NCBI GenBank assembly: GCA_030753015.1 | Contig: JASMDC010000021.1 | Location: 1 to 64,000, forward strand | DNA: 64,000 bases | Origin: Candidatus Undinarchaeales archaeon | GTDB taxonomy: Archaea > SpSt-1190 > JASMDC01 | Direction of reading: 5' to 3' | Part shown: positions 20,003-29,264 of the stretch, piece by piece | Position numbering within the stretch: position 1 is the first letter of the stretch | Layout of the letters: every line of letters begins with the position of its first letter | Translations under genes and position numbers: made by a program | The notes under the pieces: generated by a model | What the model saw: only the letters and a program-made list of their open reading frames with translations | Databases searched by the model: none | Told to the model about the DNA's origin: nothing

Positions 20003-20118
20003 TTCCGAAAAGCTCAAGTAGAGCATGGACCATGAGGTAACCAAGCAAGGGTGCCCACTTGGATAGGATTAAAACGCCGATTTGCTAGCAAATTGGTGCG
20101 CGAATCCCGTCCCCCGCA
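20003..20118 (+). repeat. Conserved 116-bp island right end including the tRNA-Leu 3' copy (attR-like), copy A
   Basis: Ungapped alignment with 28325-28440 gives 20 mismatches in 116 nt by hand count. Confidence 0.92.
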
Positions 20119-20238
20119 CTAGTATTATTACTTAGCAAAGAGGATAATGGGCTGCACCGGCCGTGGTCAGAAGGTTTAAATAGGAAATAACCTACGGGAG
20201 AAGGAGACGGGGGAGTCTCTTCCTATTATGAGGTACGG

Positions 20239-20988
20239 ATGGAAGGTAACGACGGGGAACTGAACGTACGGGTGCTCGGTATGAGCGCCGCCGAGCCCTG
20301 GAACGGTTGGGACAACCATGCCATCGAGATCACCGATGGCGAGCACTCCTACCTCATCGACGCGGGGAGCGGGAAGGTGGCCGGACGGGAGTACGACGCA
20401 GTATTCATCACCCACTACCACATCGACCATACCCAGTACCTCTTCGACATCAAGGCCCGCCAGTACGTCGGGCCCGACCTCATGCCCCACGATGAGTTCC
20501 CCGAGGCCGGTGTCCATGATGCCTGGGAGCGACCCGATCACCGTCTTGAGGGCCTTATCGAGAGGGACGGCACGGTCCTCGATACCTTCGACGCCACAGG
20601 AGATCCGGTCCACGTGTACGAGGACGACCGCATCTCGGTGCACGCCCTCCCCACCTACCACAGCCCCCTGGTCCAGAGCGCCAGCTACCTGATCGAGAAC
20701 AAGGCCACCGGCAACTCCCTCTGGGTCTCCGGGGACTTCCACCACTTCCGTACCGGGGCCTGTGAGGACTACCTCCGGTCGGCGGCACCCTCCTTCTCCC
20801 TGGTGGAGGCCACCTTCTACGACGGTGGTCAACCGCCCGACCACCAGAACCTCGCCACGGCGACGGCACTGGCCGGGGAGCTCGGTTTGGAGGACTACCG
20901 CCTGGTCCACCTCAGCTTCAGGTGGGATGGGTACGTGGACGAGCATGAGGACGTCATCGCCTCGCCGGACGAGCTGTACTCATTCTAG
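20239..20988 (+). CDS. MBL-fold hydrolase (RNase Z/PhnP-like phosphodiesterase)
   Basis: VLG...LIDAG...THYHIDH...H...SGD...VEATF...H...VHLS motif order. Confidence 0.75.
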   Translation: MEGNDGELNVRVLGMSAAEPWNGWDNHAIEITDGEHSYLIDAGSGKVAGREYDAVFITHYHIDHTQYLFDIKARQYVGPDLMPHDEFPEAGVHDAWERPDHRLEGLIERDGTVLDTFDATGDPVHVYEDDRISVHALPTYHSPLVQSASYLIENKATGNSLWVSGDFHHFRTGACEDYLRSAAPSFSLVEATFYDGGQPPDHQNLATATALAGELGLEDYRLVHLSFRWDGYVDEHEDVIASPDELYSF

Positions 20989-20996
20989 CCCGAGGC

Positions 20997-21518
20997 CTAC
21001 CGTATCTTCTCGACGATGTCCAGGTAGGTCACAGTGCTCCCCGTCGCCTCGCTGTCCGCGCCGTCAGGGATCGGGATGTCCAGGTCCATCATATTCTCTA
21101 TGACGTCCCCCAGCTCGGTCTTGATGACGTTGAGCACGCGCCGTTTCTCCTCGAAGTCCTTGAACACGGCGATGAACAATCCGTCGTACTTTGTGGAGTT
21201 GAGGGAGCTCATGAACACCAGATTATCCTTGATGCGCTCGATACAGCCGAACATCCGCTCCTCGTTCGCCACGTGGTCGCGCCAGTAGTCGGCGTTCCAG
21301 AGGATGAAGATGAGGCTGCCGAACCGGTAGCCCAGTCCGTGGAGGTCCACGAGGCAGGTGTAGCCGCTAATGAGGCCCTCAGATTCCAGCTGGTTGCGTA
21401 TCTTGCTCACCGTCACCTGGGAGAGCCCCACCCTTCTCGCAATGTCGTTGTCCGACGAGCGGGCGTTCGCGGCCAGCTCCCTGAGCACACGTCGGGGATT
21501 TTCCTTCACACACATCAC
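20997..21518 (-). CDS. Lrp/AsnC family transcriptional regulator
   Basis: LAANARSSDNDIARRVGLSQVTVSKIRNQLESEGLISGYT..VDLHGLG HTH; divergent from the iol operon. Confidence 0.9.
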   Translation of the reverse strand: MMCVKENPRRVLRELAANARSSDNDIARRVGLSQVTVSKIRNQLESEGLISGYTCLVDLHGLGYRFGSLIFILWNADYWRDHVANEERMFGCIERIKDNLVFMSSLNSTKYDGLFIAVFKDFEEKRRVLNVIKTELGDVIENMMDLDIPIPDGADSEATGSTVTYLDIVEKIR

Positions 21519-21520
21519 CT

Positions 21521-21573
21521 AAAGTTATTGAATTAAAGTGTTTTCTTAATTTATCCTATTAATCAATAGCTTT
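21521..21573. promoter_or_regulatory. AT-rich divergent promoter region with inverted repeat AAAGTTATTGA...TCAATAGCTTT (candidate operator or back-to-back promoters)
   Basis: 11-bp arms with one mismatch, between the Lrp gene and the iol operon. Confidence 0.45.
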
Positions 21574-21624
21574 TTATTTGTTTCTCAGCTTGAAATCTTT
21601 GACATCTGCCAAGAGGCGATCACC

Positions 21625-22671
21625 ATGGACATCATGAACGCATTGCTCTTCCGCGACAAGGGTCGGTTCGACCTGACCGAGACCGATGGACCGGGCGCCA
21701 TCGGCCCCAAGGATGTGCTCATCGAGGTGAAGAGGGCGGGGATCTGCGGTACGGACCTGCACATCTTCCGCGGCACACACCCCGCCAATCCCGACATCAT
21801 CCTCGGGCACGAGTACGCCGGGGTAGTGGCGCAGGCCGGTGATAGCGTCACCCACCTACAAGAGGGCGACGCCGTCGTCATCGATCCCAACGTCACCTGC
21901 GGTACATGCTTCTTCTGCCGCAACGGGATGAGCAACCAGTGCGATGCCCTCGACACGGGCACCACCCTGGGCATATTCCGCCACGGCGGGTTCGCCCGGT
22001 TCAACGTGGCCCCCTCCCACATGGTGTACAAGGCGCCCAAGGACATGGACATGACCGCAGCAGCCCTGGTCGAGCCGCTGTCATGCGTACTGAACGGAGT
22101 AAAGAATGCCGCCATCCAGCCCGAGGACACGGTGGTCGTGCTCGGCGCCGGCCCCATCGGCCTCCTCTTCACTAACGTCCTCTCGCACTTGGCAAGCCTC
22201 CTCATCGTGTCCGAGGTGGACGATCTGCGGGCCGGAAAGGCCCGGCAGTTCACGCCCCACGTGCTCGACCCCAAGGAGACGGACATAGGCAAGGAGGTGC
22301 GGTCGCTCACCGACGGCCGCGGCGCTAACGTGGTGGTGGACGCCACCGGCGTGCTCATGGGCGACGCTCTGGGCCTGGTCGCCAAGGGCGGGAAGGTGGT
22401 GCTCTTCGGCATGAACTCGGCCCACACGGCTGCTATCCGGCCGTACGACATCACCCGTAACGAGATCCAGGTCATCGGCACCTACATCGCCAATCGCACC
22501 GTCGTCCCGGCCATGACCATGCTCCACCAGGGGCGGATCGACGTGGAGCACTACGTGGACACTGTGCTCCCCCTGGACGACATCTACGACGGCTTCCGCC
22601 GGCTGGGTCTCGACCCGGAGACGGGCGAGCGAACACCTATGGACGCCGTCAAGGTGCTCGTGAAGCCGTAG
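21625..22671 (+). CDS. Zn-dependent (MDR) alcohol/polyol dehydrogenase
   Basis: GICGTD, GHEYAG, CGTCFFC...C structural Zn site, GAGPIG. Confidence 0.92.
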   Translation: MDIMNALLFRDKGRFDLTETDGPGAIGPKDVLIEVKRAGICGTDLHIFRGTHPANPDIILGHEYAGVVAQAGDSVTHLQEGDAVVIDPNVTCGTCFFCRNGMSNQCDALDTGTTLGIFRHGGFARFNVAPSHMVYKAPKDMDMTAAALVEPLSCVLNGVKNAAIQPEDTVVVLGAGPIGLLFTNVLSHLASLLIVSEVDDLRAGKARQFTPHVLDPKETDIGKEVRSLTDGRGANVVVDATGVLMGDALGLVAKGGKVVLFGMNSAHTAAIRPYDITRNEIQVIGTYIANRTVVPAMTMLHQGRIDVEHYVDTVLPLDDIYDGFRRLGLDPETGERTPMDAVKVLVKP

Positions 22672-22682
22672 GGTGCCCTGCG

Positions 22683-23696
22683 ATGGCCGAGGACACGACC
22701 GAAAAAAACCTCGACGTCCTCACCACCGGGATGGTGGTGACGGACGTCATTACCGCGGACCTGCCCCGGTTCGCCGACCCTAGCGAGATGATGTTCGTTC
22801 CCCGCGGGGTGGAGGTTCACGTGGGGGGGCACCCGGCCAACGTGGCCATCGACCTCGCCGCCGTGGGCGTGAACCCGGCCACCATCGGCGTGGTCGCAGC
22901 GGTAGGGGAGGACGTGTTCGGTGATTTCATCGAGGGCACCCTCACGAGGCACGGCATCATTCCCCTCCTACAGCGGAAGCCCGTCGGGACGAGCAAGAAC
23001 ATGATTCTTGTGCTCACCGGCGAGGACAGGCGGTTCCACCTGGACCCAGGGGCCAACATGGAGCTCGAGGCGGACCATGTGATCGATGCCCTGCGGGAGC
23101 ATCACCCCCGTGTGCTCTGCTGTCGGCCCGGCTACTCGGGGATCGACTTGGAGATGGAGCGGGTGGTGCGGGCCGCCCGGGAGGTCGGCACCACCGTCTT
23201 CCTCGACATCTGCAGGCCGTACGCGAAGCCCTGGGACTACATCGCCCCGGCCCTCCCCCATGTGGACATCTTCCACTCCAACGAGGGCGAGGCCATGGGC
23301 GTCACCCGCACCACCACCGTGGATGACGCCCTGGACGCCCTCCTGGACACCGGCATCGGCGCAGTGTTCATCACCGGCGGCGGGAGCGGGGCGAGGGTCA
23401 GGACCAGGCGATGGGATCTGGCCCAGCCGGGGCTCGCGGTGGATGCCATCGACCCCACTGGAGCGGGGGATGCCTTCTGTGCGGGGGTGGTCCGCACGCT
23501 CCTGGACAGGAACGAGCTGGACTGCGACGTACTGGGGCGGGAGGGGCTCGCCCGGCTCCTTGCCTATGCCCAGGCCATGGGCGCCGCCGCGGCGTCGGCA
23601 GTAGGAACGACGACGGGTGTTACTGCCGAGCGTGTACGGTCCCTGGTAGAGGCCCAGGGAGAGCGTCTGGTCACAGAAACCCACTCCCCGGAATAG
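22683..23696 (+). CDS. PfkB-family sugar kinase (IolC-like role by context)
   Basis: GGHPANVA, VGEDVFG and DPTGAGDAF motifs. Confidence 0.88.
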   Translation: MAEDTTEKNLDVLTTGMVVTDVITADLPRFADPSEMMFVPRGVEVHVGGHPANVAIDLAAVGVNPATIGVVAAVGEDVFGDFIEGTLTRHGIIPLLQRKPVGTSKNMILVLTGEDRRFHLDPGANMELEADHVIDALREHHPRVLCCRPGYSGIDLEMERVVRAAREVGTTVFLDICRPYAKPWDYIAPALPHVDIFHSNEGEAMGVTRTTTVDDALDALLDTGIGAVFITGGGSGARVRTRRWDLAQPGLAVDAIDPTGAGDAFCAGVVRTLLDRNELDCDVLGREGLARLLAYAQAMGAAAASAVGTTTGVTAERVRSLVEAQGERLVTETHSPE

Positions 23697-23707
23697 AGGT
23701 GCTGCTC

Positions 23708-24505
23708 ATGGTACGAACCAACGACGTCCACATCCGGGCCCCCGCCGCCCTGGCGGAGGGCGAGAACGAGTATATCGGCCCGGCCGATCCCCACGGGATG
23801 GGGTTCTCGGTCCTCAGACTTACTAGAGCGCTCACCGGGCGCACCGACCACGAGACCTGCCTCGTGCTCCTCTCGGGAAAGGGGAGGGTGCGCGTGGGAG
23901 GCGAGGATCACGACGTTGAGCGCTCCTCCCTGCTGGACGAGGAGCCGTGGACCTTCCTCCTCCCGGCGGGCGAGGATTTCGCCGTCCTCCCGGAACCCGA
24001 AATGGAGCTCGCGGTCATACGAACGGAGAACGAGCGACGCTTTTCGCCGCGGGTGTTCGCACCGGACGCGGTCGACGTGGAGCGACGGGGCGAGGACCTG
24101 GTCGACGGGGCGTGCTTCCGTCTGGTAAAGACCGTGTTCGATCATTCCACCATGGCGGAGAGCAATCTCGTCGTGGGCGAGGTGGTGAACCAGCCGGGAC
24201 GCTGGTCGAGCTATCCTCCGCATCACCACCCCCAACCAGAGCTATACTACTACCGCTTCGTCCCCGGGCAGGGTTACGGCTTCTCCCAGCTCGGTGACAG
24301 GGCGATCAAGGTGTCCGAGGGGAGCCTGGTGTGCATCCCGCCGGACACAGATCACCCGCAGGTGGCCGCACCAGGATACGCCATGTGGTACCTGTGGGTG
24401 GTGCGCCACCTGCCCGACGACCCCTACACGGGATTCACGTTCGATCCACGACATGAATGGACCCTGGACCCCGGAGCGGATGTATGGAGGATAGGAAAGG
24501 GATAG
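23708..24505 (+). CDS. iolB: 5-deoxy-glucuronate isomerase
   Basis: LVVGEV...PGRWSSYPPHHHPQPELYYYRF...HPQVAAPGYAMWYLW. Confidence 0.92.
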   Translation: MVRTNDVHIRAPAALAEGENEYIGPADPHGMGFSVLRLTRALTGRTDHETCLVLLSGKGRVRVGGEDHDVERSSLLDEEPWTFLLPAGEDFAVLPEPEMELAVIRTENERRFSPRVFAPDAVDVERRGEDLVDGACFRLVKTVFDHSTMAESNLVVGEVVNQPGRWSSYPPHHHPQPELYYYRFVPGQGYGFSQLGDRAIKVSEGSLVCIPPDTDHPQVAAPGYAMWYLWVVRHLPDDPYTGFTFDPRHEWTLDPGADVWRIGKG

Positions 24506-24508
24506 ATC

Positions 24509-26365
24509 ATGGCTTCAAAGGAACGGAACCGACAGGAGATGACGGCCTCCCAGGCCATCGTCCGCTACCTAATCCACGAGGGTTTGCCGTACGTGTTCGG
24601 CATCTTCGGTCACGGCAACGTGCAGCTGGGCGAGGCCCTGAAGGAGCACGAGGACGAGATCACGTATATCCAGCTGAAGAACGAGCAGAACGGCGTCCAC
24701 ATGGCCATCGGCTATGCCAAGATGACCGGACGGCCGCTCGCCGTGACCACGTCCATCGGGCCCGGGTGCACCAATCTCGTCACCGGCGCTGGGGCGGCGC
24801 GGGTGAACCGCCTGCCTGTGCTTCTGCTTCCCGGTGACGCCTTCGCAGACGCCGCGGGGCCGTTGCTCCAGCAGGTGGAGGGGAACGCGTGCCCGGAGGA
24901 CATGGCCTCGGACACCCTCCGGCCCGTCTCCCGGTACTGGACGCGGATCACCCGGCCAGAGCAGCTCGCACGCCGCCTTCCACAGGCGTTCGACGCCATG
25001 CTGGAGCCCGGTAACGAGGGCCCGGCCACCCTCGCACTGCCCATGGACACCCAGACATTCTCCCACCCCTTCGACGTGGATATGCTCTTCAAACCGCGTG
25101 ACCGGGAGTGGGAGCGCACACGGCCCGACGAGCGGGCCGTAAGGAGGGCGGCGGAGCGTATCTCCAAGGCCACCCGACCCCTCATCATTGCCGGAGGGGG
25201 CGTCATCCGTTCGGAAGCGTGGGAAGAGGTCATTCGGCTCGCCGAGCGCATCTGCGCCCCCGTGGTCTCCACCCAGGCCGGGAACGGTACCATGCTGTGG
25301 GACCACCACATGAACGCCTTCACGGTCGGCCCGGACGGCAGTTCATGCGGCAACCGCCTATGCAAGAAGGCCGACCTGGTCATCGGCATCGGTACGCGGT
25401 ACGGGGACTTCACCACCTGCTCGGACACACTGTTCGGTCCCGACGTGGAGTTCGTCAACCTCAACATCTGCAACTTCGACGTGGGCAAGCAGCGGGCCGT
25501 GAAGCTCCTGGGTGACGCGAGGGAGTCCCTGCGGCTGCTCCTGGAGGAGCTCACCGGGCTCGGCGTGGAGCGGGAGCTTGACGGTAGCCCGTACTACGAG
25601 GAGCTCCAGCGAGAGCGCCGGGAGTGGATGGCCGAGGTGGACCGCGTCACCGGCGAGGATGCCTCGCCCATGACCCAGAACCGCGTCATCGGCGTGCTCA
25701 ACGAGGTCACCGACGACCGGGCGGTGATCGTTTCGGCCGCCGGCAGCCTGCCGGGCCACCTCCTGCGCTTGTGGAAGACCAAGGACCCCACACGGAAGGG
25801 CTACCACTGCGAGTACGCCTTCTCCACCATGGGGTACGAGGTGGCCGGCGGCATGGGTGTGAAGCTCGCCGATCCCTCCCGCGACGTGTACGTCATGGTG
25901 GGGGACGCCTCCTTCCTCATGGCCCCCCAGGAGCTGGTCACCGCCGTCCAGGAGGGTATCGCCGTGACCGTCGTCCTCGTGGACAACCACGGCCCCCAGG
26001 TCATCCGTAACCTCCAGGCCTCCTGCGGCTTCGAGGAGTTCGGGTGCGAGTTCAAGGCCCGCAATGGGAAGGGCCTTGACGGCGGCTACCTCAATCTGGA
26101 CTTCGCCGGGATGGCAGAGTCCATGGGGTGCGTGGGCCTGCGGGCCGCCAACCCCGAAGAGCTCAAGGACGCACTGGCCACAGCAAGGGAGGTCACCGAC
26201 CGACCCACCCTCATCCACGTGCTGGTGGAGCCCGGGCGCAGGTTCCTCGGGTGCTACGACGGCTGGTGGGACGTGCCCCGACCCGTGTTATCGGACCGGG
26301 AGGAGATGCGCCGGCACCGCGCGGAGTACGAGCGGGTGAAGCGCGAGGAGCAGGTGGTGAGGTGA
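24509..26365 (+). CDS. iolD: 3D-(3,5/4)-trihydroxycyclohexane-1,2-dione acylhydrolase
   Basis: FGIFGHGNV, NEQ, TTSIGPG, AAGSLPG, YHCEYAFSTMGYE, TPP motif GDASF and WWDVP. Confidence 0.95.
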   Translation: MASKERNRQEMTASQAIVRYLIHEGLPYVFGIFGHGNVQLGEALKEHEDEITYIQLKNEQNGVHMAIGYAKMTGRPLAVTTSIGPGCTNLVTGAGAARVNRLPVLLLPGDAFADAAGPLLQQVEGNACPEDMASDTLRPVSRYWTRITRPEQLARRLPQAFDAMLEPGNEGPATLALPMDTQTFSHPFDVDMLFKPRDREWERTRPDERAVRRAAERISKATRPLIIAGGGVIRSEAWEEVIRLAERICAPVVSTQAGNGTMLWDHHMNAFTVGPDGSSCGNRLCKKADLVIGIGTRYGDFTTCSDTLFGPDVEFVNLNICNFDVGKQRAVKLLGDARESLRLLLEELTGLGVERELDGSPYYEELQRERREWMAEVDRVTGEDASPMTQNRVIGVLNEVTDDRAVIVSAAGSLPGHLLRLWKTKDPTRKGYHCEYAFSTMGYEVAGGMGVKLADPSRDVYVMVGDASFLMAPQELVTAVQEGIAVTVVLVDNHGPQVIRNLQASCGFEEFGCEFKARNGKGLDGGYLNLDFAGMAESMGCVGLRAANPEELKDALATAREVTDRPTLIHVLVEPGRRFLGCYDGWWDVPRPVLSDREEMRRHRAEYERVKREEQVVR

Positions 26366-26373
26366 CGGACCGG

Positions 26374-27264
26374 ATGAGGGTGCGGCTTGGAGTATCACCC
26401 ATCGCCTGGAGCAACGACGACATGCACGACCTCGGGGGCGAAATACCCCTCGAGCGGTGCCTGGGCGAGGCCAGCACGGCCGGGTACGTCGGCGTCGAGC
26501 TGGGGCACAAGTTCCCCCGCGACCCCGCCGTGCTCATGCCGCTCCTGGTCGGCCACGGGCTGGACCTCGTCTCGGGCTGGCACTCCACGTTCTTCACCAG
26601 GGAGAAGGGCCACGATCGTGAGCGTGCGAACTTCAAGAGCCACCTGTCCTTCCTAAAGTCCATGGGGTGTAGCGTCATCATCTGCGCCGAGTGCAACCGG
26701 ACCAGGCACTCTACCATCGACGCCGCTCCACGGGAGAAAGGAGTACCGCTCTTCACCGACGAGGAGTGGGCACGTCTTGCCACCCGGCTCGACGAGGCGG
26801 GACACGTCGCCGCCAATGCCGGGCTGAGGCTCGTGTACCACCACCACATGGGCACGGGCGTGGAGTCTCCGGAGGAGATCCACCGGCTCATGGACACCAC
26901 GGATCCGGACCTGGTGCACCTGCTGGGCGACACGGGCCACATGCTCTATGGCGGAGGTGATCCTGCGACGCTGTTCTCCCGGTACGCCGAGCGCATCGGG
27001 CACGTTCACTTGAAGGACATCCGACGCGACGTGCTGGAGGAGGTCAAGCGGAACCGCCTCTCCTTCCTCGCCTCGGTGCGCATGGGGGTGTTCACCGTCC
27101 CAGGGGACGGGTGCATCGACTACGGGCCGGTCATCGGCTCGCTGGACCGCTCCGGGTATGAGGGCTGGCTGGTGGTAGAGGCCGAGCAGGATCCTGCGAT
27201 CGCCGAGCCCCTGGCATACGCCCGGAAGGCGCGAGGTTTCATCAGGAATAAGGCCGGGATATGA
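26374..27264 (+). CDS. iolE: myo-inosose-2 dehydratase
   Basis: PIAWSNDD, ELGHKFP, YHHHMGT, DTGH, HVHLKD, FTVPGDG and VEAEQDP motifs. Confidence 0.95.
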   Translation: MRVRLGVSPIAWSNDDMHDLGGEIPLERCLGEASTAGYVGVELGHKFPRDPAVLMPLLVGHGLDLVSGWHSTFFTREKGHDRERANFKSHLSFLKSMGCSVIICAECNRTRHSTIDAAPREKGVPLFTDEEWARLATRLDEAGHVAANAGLRLVYHHHMGTGVESPEEIHRLMDTTDPDLVHLLGDTGHMLYGGGDPATLFSRYAERIGHVHLKDIRRDVLEEVKRNRLSFLASVRMGVFTVPGDGCIDYGPVIGSLDRSGYEGWLVVEAEQDPAIAEPLAYARKARGFIRNKAGI

Positions 27265-27361
27265 TGGACGACATGTTCTCCGTCGAGGACGCCGTAGCCT
27301 CAAGAGAGTACCTCGAGCGCTTCCTTCGTCCGGCTAGGGATGGGTCCGGGTCCGTTTGACC

Positions 27362-28255
27362 ATGGATCGGTTCGTCGTTGCCCTGATCCTGGGCTCCACC
27401 TTCATGCACGCCGGATGGAACCTGCTCGCCCGCCGGCAGCGGTGCGAGACCTCGTTCTTCGAGCGGATGCTCCTCGTGACCGTCCTCGCCGGGCTCGTTC
27501 CGGCGGCGATGAGCGAGGCGGCGATGAGCGAGGCGGCGACCCGGTCTCTTACCCCAATTGCGTGGGCGTGCGTGGTCGGCTCTGGGCTCTGCTGCGGGAT
27601 GTATTACTTCTTCCTTGCCCGGGCGTACGAGTCCGCGGACTTCACCGTGGTCTATCCTGTAGCTCGCTCCCTGCCAGTGGTGCTCGTCGCCCTCGGCGAC
27701 ATGGTGCGGGGGAGGTATCCCAGCCCCGCCGGCTGGTCCGGTATGCTCCTCGTGGTGTCCGGATGCTTCCTCGTCTCGCTCCGCTCGAGCCGGGACGTGA
27801 ACGTTCGGCGCTATCTCGACCGGGCCCACCTGTGGATGCTGTTCACCGCCCTTGGAACGGTGGGCTACACCCTGCTCGACAAGGTAGCCGCTGAGACCAT
27901 GCAACAGGGGCCGACGACAGCCGCCCGGTACGGCTACGTGTTCTTCCTCGTCTCCTACCTGGCCTTCTCGGTGCTCCTGAGGGTGCTTGGACGCGGGGAG
28001 CAGCGCCCGGCGTCCATCGGATGGCGGGACCCGGCCATCGCCGCCGCCCTCAACTTCGGCGCCTACTGGCTCGTGCTCTGGGCATACCAGCTGAGCACGT
28101 TCGCCAGCTACATCGTCGCCCTGCGGCAGTTCAGCATCGTCATCGGCGTCGTGCTGGCCCTCGCCATCTTCAAGGAGAAGGAACCGGGCATCCGTCTCGC
28201 GGGCACCCTGGTGATCACCGTCGGACTCGTGGTCGTCAGTCTCTTTAGCGGGTGA
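27362..28255 (+). CDS. EamA/DMT family transporter
   Basis: HAGWNLL, AYESADFTVVYPVAR, YTLLDK and ALRQFSI; ~10 TM helices. Confidence 0.88.
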   Translation: MDRFVVALILGSTFMHAGWNLLARRQRCETSFFERMLLVTVLAGLVPAAMSEAAMSEAATRSLTPIAWACVVGSGLCCGMYYFFLARAYESADFTVVYPVARSLPVVLVALGDMVRGRYPSPAGWSGMLLVVSGCFLVSLRSSRDVNVRRYLDRAHLWMLFTALGTVGYTLLDKVAAETMQQGPTTAARYGYVFFLVSYLAFSVLLRVLGRGEQRPASIGWRDPAIAAALNFGAYWLVLWAYQLSTFASYIVALRQFSIVIGVVLALAIFKEKEPGIRLAGTLVITVGLVVVSLFSG

Positions 28256-28324
28256 TCGACGGCCCAGGACGGCCACCGCGATCCGACAGCGCGGCTTTCA
28301 CTAGAGGGCTCTATTGGGATTGGC

Positions 28325-28440
28325 TTCCGAAAAGCTCAAGTAGAGCATAGGCTACGAGGTAACCAGACAAGGGTGTCGACTGGGATAGGATGAGCCTGCC
28401 GATTTGTAAGCAAGATCGTGCGCGGATCCCGTCCCCCGCA
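28325..28440 (+). repeat. Conserved 116-bp island right end including the tRNA-Leu 3' copy, copy B
   Basis: Homologous to 20003-20118; followed by CCA. Confidence 0.92.
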
Positions 28441-28454
28441 CCACCCCATGATCA

Positions 28455-29207
28455 ATGGTGGACCACATGGACCCACAGACCATCGCGACCGTGACCCTCG
28501 TGCTCGGCGTCCTTACCCTCCTGACCGGCTGCCAACGGAGCTCGTCGGGCAGCGATGCCGAGGCCCCCGCAGCACAGTTCGAGATATCGGATGGCCAGGG
28601 TCTGGTCGGGGTCGACACAAGCACACTCAAGGAGGACGCGAACGCGACCATCACCATCGTCGGCCGTATCGAGGACACGGGCGCCCTCAACCTCTTCCGC
28701 ACCTATAGTCTGGCCGATGGTCATGCTCTCTCCCGTCAGTACTACCTCACTGAGCGCGTGTACGAGGATCTGCACGGTTCGACCTGGGTACGCCTGACCT
28801 GCCAGCCAGCGGGCACTCTGTACGGCGGGCCCGCCCTCCGCGTGTCGTCCTTCGAGCCTGTGCCTGGACTGAACGCCTCGCTCGAGCGTGCAGTGCTGGA
28901 TGCCTGTGGGCATGTGGAAGCTAGCCGGAATAACTTCGACCTGAACCTGTACAAGGGGACCGAGCGGTTCAAGGCAGCCCTGGCCGAGCACGCCGATAAG
29001 GACCTCAACACACTGCCCTTCGAGCCGAGGGACGAGGTGGTGTTCGTTGACCGTGACGTTCGCAAGGCAGGTATCGACTGCGGCCGAGTGGTGCTCCGCA
29101 ACGGTCCCGTGCGGGGCGACTTCCTCAGCTTCCTGGCCGTGTACGACCTTGAGGCCAAGAGAGTAGAACGGGTGCTCGTCAGGAACACGGGCTACTTCAT
29201 GGAGTGA
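28455..29207 (+). CDS. Putative lipoprotein
   Basis: Lipobox LLTGC; no recognised domain. Confidence 0.6.
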   Translation: MVDHMDPQTIATVTLVLGVLTLLTGCQRSSSGSDAEAPAAQFEISDGQGLVGVDTSTLKEDANATITIVGRIEDTGALNLFRTYSLADGHALSRQYYLTERVYEDLHGSTWVRLTCQPAGTLYGGPALRVSSFEPVPGLNASLERAVLDACGHVEASRNNFDLNLYKGTERFKAALAEHADKDLNTLPFEPRDEVVFVDRDVRKAGIDCGRVVLRNGPVRGDFLSFLAVYDLEAKRVERVLVRNTGYFME

Positions 29208-29264
29208 GCAGGCCGGGGGGGCTCGCTGAAAGGAAAGACATAAGTAGGCCGTTCCCAGGCGACC

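Larger units (their letters stand above)
17375..20118. mobile_element. Integrase-free cargo island 1 at tRNA-Leu
   Basis: Bounded by the tRNA 3' end and an exact 20-bp copy CGAATCCCGTCCCCCGCACT at 20101-20120; visibly lower GC than its flanks. Confidence 0.85.
20119..28440. mobile_element. Integrase-free cargo island 2 at tRNA-Leu (inositol catabolism)
   Basis: Bounded by att copy A and a second copy ATCCCGTCCCCCGCA(CCA) at 28426-28443; no recombinase gene inside. Confidence 0.82.

Noticed and set aside
20014-20118. Shared minus-strand peptide (CGGRDxRT...WLP...CST*) in the 116-bp island ends as a split-integrase fragment
   Set aside because: Substitutions are not biased to third codon positions, conservation continues past the stop, and no integrase body is found at either island's left end. 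Not fully excluded.
27502-27539. 15-bp tandem duplication (AAMSE x2) in the EamA gene
   Set aside because: In-frame slippage in a loop; no evidence of function.
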